DNA of 40,515 nucleotides from Clostridiaceae bacterium (GTDB lineage Bacteria; Bacillota; Clostridia; Oscillospirales; Acutalibacteraceae): NCBI GenBank assembly GCA_016292575.1, contig JAEDIH010000001.1, positions 1 to 40,515 of the forward strand, read 5' to 3'. Shown piece by piece: positions 34,452 to 40,515 of this stretch (position 1 is its first letter; each line of letters starts with the position of its first letter). The notes under the pieces were generated by a model. It saw only the letters and a program-made list of their open reading frames with translations, ran no database searches and was not told where the DNA came from. The position numbers and the translations under genes were made by a program.

Positions 34452-35069
34452 TCAAACTTCCATTTCCCTGATTATCAGCAAAACACCGTCTTTTACCGAA
34501 ATTTCTGCGCCCTCTCCCGTAAGCTCATTGCTCACGCCGAGCGGAAAGGACGAGGTAAGCTCGGCATTATCAAGCTCATACTTGAAGCCGCGCTCGGTAA
34601 CTCCGTGGGAGCTGTCGGAAAGGGAAAAGACCGAAACAACGCCTGTTTCACCCTGCGGAAAGGTTATTGAACCGTTCATTACGGCGGTCACGGTTTCCCT
34701 TTCGGAAATCAGCACACACTGCGCTCCCCTTTCGCAAAGAAATTTAAGAAGCTGCAAATTTGCAACGGTGTGGTCAAGTCTTCCTCCGAGAGCACCGAAA
34801 ACGGTAAAGCTTTTGTATCCGCGCTCAAGTCCGCGGCAGAGGGCAAAAAAGGTGTCCGTCTCGTCCTTAACGACCGGATGAACCTCAACGTTTTCAAGCT
34901 GCGGAATTTTGCCGAGCGAATCAAAATCGCCCACAACAAGGTCGGGTTTGATATCATTTTTAAGTGCTTTACGGTAGCCTGCGTCCGCGCAGATTACAAA
35001 ATCGCTTTCGTCCCTTTCAAACTCAATCTTTCCGCATTCACCCGCGGCGATAATATAACAGGTATTCAT
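34452..35069 (-). CDS. thiN: Thiamine diphosphokinase
   Basis: MNTCYIIAAGE..., VVGDFDS and GALGGRLDHTVANL motifs. AAGGTGG SD before ATG 35069. The 114-aa N-terminal extension in the track is rejected. Confidence 0.88.
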   Translation of the reverse strand: MNTCYIIAAGECGKIEFERDESDFVICADAGYRKALKNDIKPDLVVGDFDSLGKIPQLENVEVHPVVKDETDTFFALCRGLERGYKSFTVFGALGGRLDHTVANLQLLKFLCERGAQCVLISERETVTAVMNGSITFPQGETGVVSVFSLSDSSHGVTERGFKYELDNAELTSSFPLGVSNELTGEGAEISVKDGVLLIIREMEV

Positions 35070-35171
35070 TCTGACCCACCTTTCATAAATGCTGCAAAAA
35101 ATGCTGTGCAAAGAAGGAGCCTTGCGCCCTCTGCCCGGGCAAAAGACGCATTTTCTGATGCAAACGCAAAA

Positions 35172-35200
35172 ATTATAGCATATGCGAGTTTTCTTTTCAA
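35172..35200 (-). promoter_or_regulatory. SigmaA promoter of thiN
   Basis: Minus strand reads TTGAAA, a 17-nt spacer, then TGc-TATAAT. The leader is about 100 nt. Confidence 0.65.
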
Positions 35201-35203
35201 TAG

Positions 35204-35258
35204 CGGCAGACAAACGGACGTGGGGCGGTTCATTTTCTGCCGGTTCTTTTTGTTTTTC
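35204..35258 (+). promoter_or_regulatory. Terminator-like hairpin plus U-tract in the putative leader of the AGCS symporter gene
   Basis: CGGCAGA-25 nt-TCTGCCG followed by GTTCTTTTTGTTTTT, 46 nt upstream of ATG 35304. A second hairpin (CACCT 35271-35275 with AGGTG 35294-35298) could mask the SD. Confidence 0.4.
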
Positions 35259-35303
35259 ATATCGGCGCAGCACCTTGTCATATGAATACTGTGAGGTGAT
35301 ATA

Positions 35304-36929
35304 ATGCATACGTTTGCTGATTTCATTGAACGGCTTAATTCGGCGGTCTGGGGCGCGCCGACTCTGACGCTGATAATCGCCGTCGGAGTATACTACACAG
35401 TCCGGCTGCACTTTTTTCAGTTTTCAAAGCTTCGCCTCTGGCTTTCAAACACGCTGTTTGCAATTTTCCGCAAAAAGGAGGTTCTCAGGGGCGGAGGAAA
35501 AAACGGCTTTTCCCAGTTTCAGGCAATGGCAACCTCGCTTGCGGCCACAGTGGGAACGGGCAACATTGCAGGCGTTGCGGCAGCGATAGCGACAGGCGGT
35601 CCGGGCGCTGTGTTCTGGATGTGGTTTTGCTCGCTTTTTTCAATGATGACAAGCTACGCGGAAAACACGCTCGGAATTTTTTACCGCACCGAGGACGAAA
35701 ACGGTAAAAGGCTCGGCGGTCCGATGTATTACCTGAGAGACGGTCTTTCAAAAAGCCGTTTTTCAGCAAAGCTCGGAAAAACTCTTGCGTTTTTGTTTTC
35801 GCTTTTTACTCTTTTTGCTTCGTTCGGAATCGGGAACATGACACAGTCAAATTCAATTTCACTCTCGCTTTATTCTTCATTCGGCGTTTCAAAGTACATT
35901 GCCGGCACAGTGACGGCAGCGCTGACCCTTTTTGTTATTCTCGGAGGCTCGGTCCGCATAGGAAAGCTCACGGAAAAGCTCGTTCCGTTCATGGCTTTGT
36001 TCTATATTATCGCTTCCCTTTGCATTGTTGTCTCAAATTTCCGTGAAATTCCGGGTGTGCTGTACGGAATTTTAAAAAGCGCGTTTTCGCCGGCAGCGGC
36101 AACAGGCGGCTTTGCCGGTGCGGCACTCAAAAGGTGCATTTCAACCGGCTTCCGCCGCGGCGTTTTTTCAAACGAGGCCGGTCTCGGTTCATCGGTAATG
36201 GTCGGCTCCTCCTCAAGCGTAAAGGAGCCTGCCGTTCAGGGAATGTGGGGGATTTTTCAGGTTTTCACGGATACGCTTGTCATCTGCTCGGTAACGGCGT
36301 TGGTTCTGCTTTGCGTTTCGGTCAAAACAGTTCCGCTTTCATCTGCACTGAAAAACGGCGAAAGCCTTCAATACATTTCACTTACGGGCGAAACAGATGG
36401 AAAAACGCGCCTTTGCGACACAACGGAAAGACAAGTTTTGTCCGTCTCTCCGAGCGGCGGCATTCTTCAAAGCAACGACACAACTTTCATAAACGTGATG
36501 GCGCTCAGAAAAACACAAAGTGGCTTTACGCTTGAAAAAATTGAGGGCGCATCGCTCGTTTCCCTTGCATTCAACTCGGTATTCGGAAAATGGGCAGACG
36601 TTATTCTTACGGTTGCGGTCACGCTTTTTGCCTTTTCAACCATCATCGGCTGGTCGTTTTACGGCGAGAGAAGCATTGAGTTTTTGACAAACGGGCGCGG
36701 AAAAACGCTTTACCGCGTGGTTTTTTCCGCGCTAACGTTCCTCGGAGCCGTTTCAAAGCTTTCCCTTGTCTGGAGCATTTCGGACGTCTTTAACGGACTT
36801 ATGGCCGTTCCGAATCTTATCGGCGTAATCCTCCTTTCCGGCGATGTTTTAAAGATTACGAAAAATTATCTTGACAGAAAAAAAGGTAAAAATCTCTCTC
36901 CTCTTCTGAACGTCAGAAGTACATATTGA
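35304..36929 (+). CDS. Alanine/glycine:cation symporter (AGCS) family transporter
   Basis: GFSQFQAMATSLAATVGTGNIAGVAAAIATGGPGAVFWMW and FSNEAGLGSS are hallmark AGCS motifs. GAGGTGA SD. Confidence 0.9.
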   Translation: MHTFADFIERLNSAVWGAPTLTLIIAVGVYYTVRLHFFQFSKLRLWLSNTLFAIFRKKEVLRGGGKNGFSQFQAMATSLAATVGTGNIAGVAAAIATGGPGAVFWMWFCSLFSMMTSYAENTLGIFYRTEDENGKRLGGPMYYLRDGLSKSRFSAKLGKTLAFLFSLFTLFASFGIGNMTQSNSISLSLYSSFGVSKYIAGTVTAALTLFVILGGSVRIGKLTEKLVPFMALFYIIASLCIVVSNFREIPGVLYGILKSAFSPAAATGGFAGAALKRCISTGFRRGVFSNEAGLGSSVMVGSSSSVKEPAVQGMWGIFQVFTDTLVICSVTALVLLCVSVKTVPLSSALKNGESLQYISLTGETDGKTRLCDTTERQVLSVSPSGGILQSNDTTFINVMALRKTQSGFTLEKIEGASLVSLAFNSVFGKWADVILTVAVTLFAFSTIIGWSFYGERSIEFLTNGRGKTLYRVVFSALTFLGAVSKLSLVWSISDVFNGLMAVPNLIGVILLSGDVLKITKNYLDRKKGKNLSPLLNVRSTY

Positions 36930-36954
36930 TTTTTCGGTCGTGCGGTGGTATACT
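36926..36954 (+). promoter_or_regulatory. SigmaA promoter for the ArsC-family/DUF896 pair
   Basis: TTGATT, a 17-nt spacer, then TGg-TATACT. The -35 overlaps the symporter stop codon. Confidence 0.5.
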
Positions 36955-36990
36955 TTTATGTATCATTTTCAACAAAAAGGAACAAAATAA

Positions 36991-37350
36991 ATGAACATTC
37001 AAATTTTCGGCACGGCAAAGTGCTTCGACACAAAAAAGGCTCAGCGGTATTTTAAGGAACGCGGAATCAAATTTCAGTTTGTTGACCTTGCAAAATTTAA
37101 CATGAGCAAGGGCGAGCTTAAAAGCGTAAAAAACGCAGTCGGCGGAAAGCTTGATGACCTTATTAATGAAAAATCAAAGAAATATGATTCTTCATTCATA
37201 AAATATCTTTCATCGGACGAGGCAAAGGAGGAAAAGCTGCTTGAAAACGGCGAGCTTTTCAAAACGCCTATTGTAAGAAACGGAAAAAAAGCCACTATCG
37301 GCTATTGTCCCGATGTGTGGAAGCAATGGGAAACGGAGGACAAAAAGTAA
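36991..37350 (+). CDS. ArsC/Spx-superfamily protein (single-Cys type, arsenate-reductase-like fold)
   Basis: MNIQIFGTAKCFDTKKAQRYFKERGIKFQFVDL... and LFKTPIVRNGKKATIGY are typical of the ArsC family. Confidence 0.75.
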   Translation: MNIQIFGTAKCFDTKKAQRYFKERGIKFQFVDLAKFNMSKGELKSVKNAVGGKLDDLINEKSKKYDSSFIKYLSSDEAKEEKLLENGELFKTPIVRNGKKATIGYCPDVWKQWETEDKK

Positions 37351-37351
37351 A

Positions 37352-37561
37352 ATGGTAACGCAGGAGCAGATAAACAGAATAAACGAACTTGCAAAAAAAG
37401 CAAAGACCGAGGGACTCACGTCCAAGGAACAGGAAGAACGCCAAAAGCTTCGCAGGCTTTATATCGACTCGTTCAAGGAGAGCCTTGTTTCTCAACTTGA
37501 AAACACCTATTACATTGACGAAACCGGTCACAAGAAAAAGGCCGCAAGAAAACCGAAATAA
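37352..37561 (+). CDS. DUF896 (UPF0291, YnzC-like) small helical protein
   Basis: MVTQEQINRINELAKKAKTEGLTSKEQEERQKLRRLYIDSFKESL... ATG 37352 lies 1 nt after the upstream stop, with GGAGGA 11 nt upstream. Confidence 0.8.
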   Translation: MVTQEQINRINELAKKAKTEGLTSKEQEERQKLRRLYIDSFKESLVSQLENTYYIDETGHKKKAARKPK

Positions 37562-37567
37562 AAAAAT

Positions 37568-37616
37568 ACCGCCGAAAGCACCCCAAAAAAGCTTTGCTTC
37601 GGCGGTTATTGTTTTG
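37568..37616. terminator. Bidirectional intrinsic terminator
   Basis: ACCGCCGAA..(loop)..TTCGGCGGT, flanked by an A7 run on the left and TATTGTTTTGTATT on the right. Confidence 0.7.
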
Positions 37617-37618
37617 TA

Positions 37619-38236
37619 TTACTTATGCGGAACTGTCTCAGTGCGTGTATTCGTTGTCATATCATATACGGCGCGGCTTTCCGGCTTTTGAGTTTCCTCA
37701 ATTTTTTTGAGATATGTATTGCAGAACATAACCTCGAAACACACCTCGTTTGAAAGAAAAACAACATAGTATTCGCCCTCGCGGACAGTTTTTTCGCACA
37801 AAGACGAGCGGTTTTTCCGAATTTCAAGCGCAGAAATTACTTCGCAGCTCTTTTGGACACCGAGACCGGAAAACGCGCAAAATGTTTTTTCGCAGGAATT
37901 TATAAAGCGGTCAATATCGGCTTCGGTAAGCGTCACCTTGTTTTTTCCGTCTGTTTTGGAGATTACAAGGCGGCACTCAAAAAGCTTTTTGTTCTCATTT
38001 GCAAAAGCCTTTACCAGCACTCTTTTTCCGCCTGCTTCATCAGAGGAGGACACAAAGGAATACTCCGTGGCATTTTCCCTTTCAACGGCGCTCATTAGCG
38101 AATATGAGAGCTTTTCGCCGCCCGAAGCGTTATATCTTTCGGCAAAAAGCGCTATGTTTGCCGTCTCGTTCTCGCTGCACGCACAAAGCGCAAGCAGAAA
38201 AACAAGGCAAAACAACAGTTTACTAAGCCTTTTCAT
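37619..38236 (-). CDS. Hypothetical lipoprotein
   Basis: Signal peptide with lipobox (LLALCACSENE) and a GAAGGTG SD. I recognise no family. Confidence 0.7.
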   Translation of the reverse strand: MKRLSKLLFCLVFLLALCACSENETANIALFAERYNASGGEKLSYSLMSAVERENATEYSFVSSSDEAGGKRVLVKAFANENKKLFECRLVISKTDGKNKVTLTEADIDRFINSCEKTFCAFSGLGVQKSCEVISALEIRKNRSSLCEKTVREGEYYVVFLSNEVCFEVMFCNTYLKKIEETQKPESRAVYDMTTNTRTETVPHK

Positions 38237-38307
38237 TTTCTATACACCTTCTTTGTCAAATGATATTCACCTAAAAAACAAAGTAGAACGGTAAAACGGA
38301 TATAAAC

Positions 38308-38341
38308 GGCTCGGCAGCCACCGTCTGGTGACTGCCGAGCC
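38308..38341 (-). terminator. Hairpin terminator after the E2-like gene
   Basis: GGCTCGGCAG-14 nt-CTGCCGAGCC (10 bp). On the minus strand it is followed by GTTTATATCCGTTTTAC, a modest U-tract. Confidence 0.55.
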
Positions 38342-38403
38342 GCAAGAAAAGATTTATAGAAAGGGGAGAGAGGATGTCGGTAATTTATTCGGGGGTTCCT
38401 TCA

Positions 38404-39360
38404 TCAGGCAACAACGCTGAAGAGTTCCTTTTCGTTGCTGTCCGATACCCACGAGCGGATGACCGAGGGATTTTCAAAAATTTCGTCAAGGCGCTTCATG
38501 AACGGAACGATCTCGCCGAAGTCAAGCGCTCTGTGGTCAAAGGCGATGCAGATTGGAAGGACGTTCCTTGCTTCAATCTCTTTTCTGCCGTCGTTCTTTT
38601 TAACAACAAGGGGCTTTTCAAGCACAGCGCCGACCGAAAGCGCGCAGACCTGGGGAGGTACAATTTCAAGCAGAGCGGTTGCTCCGCGCTGAGCAAGATA
38701 GGTTGAGCCGATGTTTGAAACGGTTACCGTGCCCTGTTCAAGGTCCTTGATGGTGAGGCGTTCGGTTTCGGGAATGCTTTCATATTCGCGCTTTGCTTTT
38801 CCGCGGAAATGAGATATTTTGCATTTGCCGAAGTTTGCGCCGTAAAGTCTGCCGATAGTCTGGAAGATCCTGCCTTTTTTGAGGTTCTTCATGGTGTTGT
38901 CAAACGATACCGAGTACATAGCTTCGGTAAGATTTGTCTTTTCGGCGCGGCGGCGGACATCGTTGATATAAGCCGTCATTTCGTCAAGATTCTTGTTTCC
39001 GAAATCACGAAGATTGATTGTCATCATCTGTCCGTTCGGAAGAATTGTCGGCATTGAAATGTTGATATCGGAAAAGGTATCAATCCTGCCGCGGACAAGC
39101 TTCCTGTCGAACTCAATGTGCGAATTCATAACAGGAGCCGCCTTGAGTCCCTCGGTAATGACCTTAAGCATGAGGGTGTTGAAGGTAATTTTTTCGTCTC
39201 CCGAGCGGTTCTGATTGAGCTTTTTGTATTCCTTGAAGAATTTGGTAACATCCGGCTCATACATATATGTAACGTGAGGGATGTTCTGCCATGACTCGGT
39301 TGTCATGTTTGCGACAATTTTTCTCTGGATTCCAAAGTATTCTGTGTTTGTAGTAGTCAT
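38404..39360 (-). CDS. 2-oxoacid dehydrogenase E2-type acyltransferase, catalytic domain only (no lipoyl or subunit-binding domains)
   Basis: 318 aa. QRKIVANMTTESWQNIPHVTYMYE and ICIAFDHRALDFGE (DHRxxD catalytic motif). AAGGAG SD. Confidence 0.8.
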   Translation of the reverse strand: MTTTNTEYFGIQRKIVANMTTESWQNIPHVTYMYEPDVTKFFKEYKKLNQNRSGDEKITFNTLMLKVITEGLKAAPVMNSHIEFDRKLVRGRIDTFSDINISMPTILPNGQMMTINLRDFGNKNLDEMTAYINDVRRRAEKTNLTEAMYSVSFDNTMKNLKKGRIFQTIGRLYGANFGKCKISHFRGKAKREYESIPETERLTIKDLEQGTVTVSNIGSTYLAQRGATALLEIVPPQVCALSVGAVLEKPLVVKKNDGRKEIEARNVLPICIAFDHRALDFGEIVPFMKRLDEIFENPSVIRSWVSDSNEKELFSVVA

Positions 39361-39399
39361 AACGGCATCTCCTTACATTTTTAAATTAAGCTGACCTTT

Positions 39400-39418
39400 T
39401 GTTAACTTCATGTTAACA
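39400..39418. promoter_or_regulatory. Inverted repeat TGTTAAC-N5-GTTAACA (candidate operator)
   Basis: Perfect 7-bp arms overlapping the -10 edge and predicted transcription start of the E2-like gene promoter. Confidence 0.4.
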
Positions 39419-39446
39419 TATTATCATGTTTTTACCAAAAAGTCTA
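39418..39446 (-). promoter_or_regulatory. SigmaA promoter for the E2-like gene
   Basis: Minus strand reads TAGACT, a 17-nt spacer, then TGa-TAATAT. Confidence 0.5.
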
Positions 39447-39588
39447 TAGTTGCTTTGTACAATTTGCGGTTATTTTCAGTAATGTTTTGTGAATATTGCC
39501 TAAATTTGTGAGCCATGATTCACCGTCAAGAAGATTATGCCATTATTTCCTTAACCTAACCTTAAATTATATAAAGAGGGTGTTTTCG

Positions 39589-40305
39589 ATGAAGAAAAGT
39601 CTTTCGGGCGATACAATAAAATATATTGCGATAGCGGCAATGCTGCTCGATCATATTGCGTGGACATTTTTGCAATTCAACTCCCCTGCTGCGCAGATTT
39701 TTCATATCATCGGACGAATTACCGCGCCGATAATGTGCTTTTTTATTGTTCAGGGCTTTATTCACACAAGAGATATCCGCAAATACCTTTTTCGGCTGCT
39801 GTTTTTTGCCCTCATCTCGCAGTATCCGTGGTGCCTTATGCACAGCCAAAAAATAACCCAATTTCCGCTCAACATGATTTTCACGCTGTTTTTTGCTCTG
39901 CTTGCCGTCTGCGCCGAGGCAAAAATTTTATATGCGCCGCTTCGCGTTATAACGGTCTTTATCTGTGCCGCCGCAACGATGAAATTTGACTGGTGCTTTT
40001 TTGCGGTGCTCTGGAGCGCGGCGTTCTATAAATACCGGGGCGATGAAAAGAAAATGCGGCTGTTCTTTTCCTTGATTTCGCTCTCTTACACGGCGTACAT
40101 CTTCCTCGGCGCGTTTGAAAATGGTGCGGGACTTTTAAATAGTTTTCTTTCCTGCCTTTTCACGCTCGGAACCTTTCTTAGCCTTCCGCTTCTTGCTTCA
40201 TACAACGAAAATATCAGACCGAACAAAAAAAGCAAATATGTTTTTTATTTCTTCTATCCGGCTCATATGCTGATTCTCGGAATAATCAAGGGTTTGATTT
40301 CATAG
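39589..40305 (+). CDS. TraX-family membrane protein (acyltransferase-like)
   Basis: MKKSLSGDTIKYIAIAAMLLDHIAWTF.. with a polytopic profile typical of the TraX family. AGAGGGTG SD before ATG 39589. Confidence 0.8.
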   Translation: MKKSLSGDTIKYIAIAAMLLDHIAWTFLQFNSPAAQIFHIIGRITAPIMCFFIVQGFIHTRDIRKYLFRLLFFALISQYPWCLMHSQKITQFPLNMIFTLFFALLAVCAEAKILYAPLRVITVFICAAATMKFDWCFFAVLWSAAFYKYRGDEKKMRLFFSLISLSYTAYIFLGAFENGAGLLNSFLSCLFTLGTFLSLPLLASYNENIRPNKKSKYVFYFFYPAHMLILGIIKGLIS

Positions 40306-40345
40306 AAAAAAACCGCCTCATTTGTTCTTCGCAAAAGAAAAATTA

Positions 40346-40411
40346 AAAGGCTGTAAACCACAAAAGAGCACAACTATAATGCTCCTCGTGATTCATGGCC
40401 TTTGTTTTTTT
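40346..40411. terminator. Long imperfect hairpin, probably a bidirectional terminator
   Basis: AAAGGC...GAGCA-9 nt-TGCTC...GCCTTT, flanked by A/T runs (aattaaaa on the left, tgttttttt on the right), between convergent genes. Confidence 0.45.
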
Positions 40412-40435
40412 AAGGAACCGCGCCTGACCGCTTGT

Positions 40436-40515
40436 TTAATATGTATGCTTTTCAAGGATTCCTTTTGTCACATCGGGATAGTTTGTAATTATTCCGTCAA
40501 CGCCGCAACGAATCA
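40436..40515 (-). CDS. Glycerophosphodiester phosphodiesterase, C-terminal fragment
   Basis: Minus-strand translation ..IRCGVDGIITNYPDVTKGILEKHTY* contains the GVDGIITNYPD signature of the GDPD family. Stop TAA at 40436-40438. Confidence 0.6.
   Translation of the reverse strand, partial: IRCGVDGIITNYPDVTKGILEKHTY

Noticed and set aside
35101-35150. Glycine-riboswitch-like fragments (GAAGGAGC ... CGGGCAAAAGAC) upstream of the AGCS symporter, a gene class often under glycine riboswitches.
   Set aside because: The conserved GGAGAG/P1 and CACCGAAGGGGCAA-type elements are missing. The segment overlaps the thiN leader on the other strand, and no plus-strand promoter lies upstream of it. A covariance-model scan would settle this.
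35070-35171. TPP riboswitch in the roughly 100-nt thiN leader.
   Set aside because: The leader has no CUGAGA or ACCUGAUCUGGAUAAUGCCAGCG-like core elements. Thiamine diphosphokinase genes are also not typical TPP-riboswitch targets.
38374-38706. 110-aa plus-strand ORF with an apparent SD (GGGGAGAGAGG) abutting its ATG.
   Set aside because: It is entirely antisense to the 3' part of the E2-like gene, which has clear homology. The SD-like run has essentially zero spacing to the ATG and the translation has no recognisable features.
1-40515. Search for CRISPR arrays, tRNA or rRNA genes, IS elements or transposases, integrases, prophage blocks and toxin-antitoxin pairs.
   Set aside because: I noticed no regularly spaced direct repeats, tRNA-like T-arm motifs, rRNA sequence, transposase or integrase-like ORFs or terminal inverted repeats. 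The only tandem repeats are intragenic protein-domain repeats (Big_2 and lipocalin-like modules).

Overview
This 40.5-kb window looks like ordinary chromosome from an endospore-forming Firmicute, probably Clostridia. The evidence for that is a spoIIGA-sigE pair, a nine-gene V/A-type ATPase operon and Gram-positive-style SD sequences and promoters. All family calls are from reading the translations, with no database search. I support about 38 protein genes. On the minus strand these are: a YbaK-like fragment, two lipocalin-like-module envelope proteins, a 1132-aa SGNH hydrolase with 8 Big_2 repeats, a PBP5/S11-like protein whose three catalytic motifs are all mutated, feoAB, the V-ATPase operon (G/H-like, C, I, K, F, E, A, B, D), an FAD oxidoreductase, panE-like, tsf, rpsB, sigE, spoIIGA, an orphan family-5 peptide-binding lipoprotein, thiN, a lipoprotein, an E2 catalytic-domain-only acyltransferase, and a GDPD fragment. 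On the plus strand these are: a metallophosphoesterase, two-subunit aconitase X (DUF521+DUF126), an FkbM methyltransferase, rfbC-rfbD, rmuC, a signal-less M23-like/SH3b hydrolase, an AGCS (alanine/glycine:cation) symporter, an ArsC-family protein, DUF896 and TraX. I saw no rRNA, tRNA, CRISPR array, IS element or prophage block. The most interesting unexplained element is an unannotated 30-codon gene at 30213-30305. It falls below the ORF-track cutoff. It has a near-consensus extended -10 promoter, a strong SD and its own intrinsic terminator, and it lies antisense within the gap between the peptide-binding lipoprotein gene and spoIIGA. Other items worth a second look are the motif-dead DD-carboxypeptidase homologue, the signal-less M23/SH3b lysin with a sigmaK-like promoter, the atypical single-hairpin V-ATPase c subunit with an N-terminal extension, terminator-like leaders ahead of rfbC and the AGCS symporter gene, and a palindromic operator over the promoter of the orphan E2-like acyltransferase. 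I did not find a convincing large multi-gene novel system. Most of the window is housekeeping.
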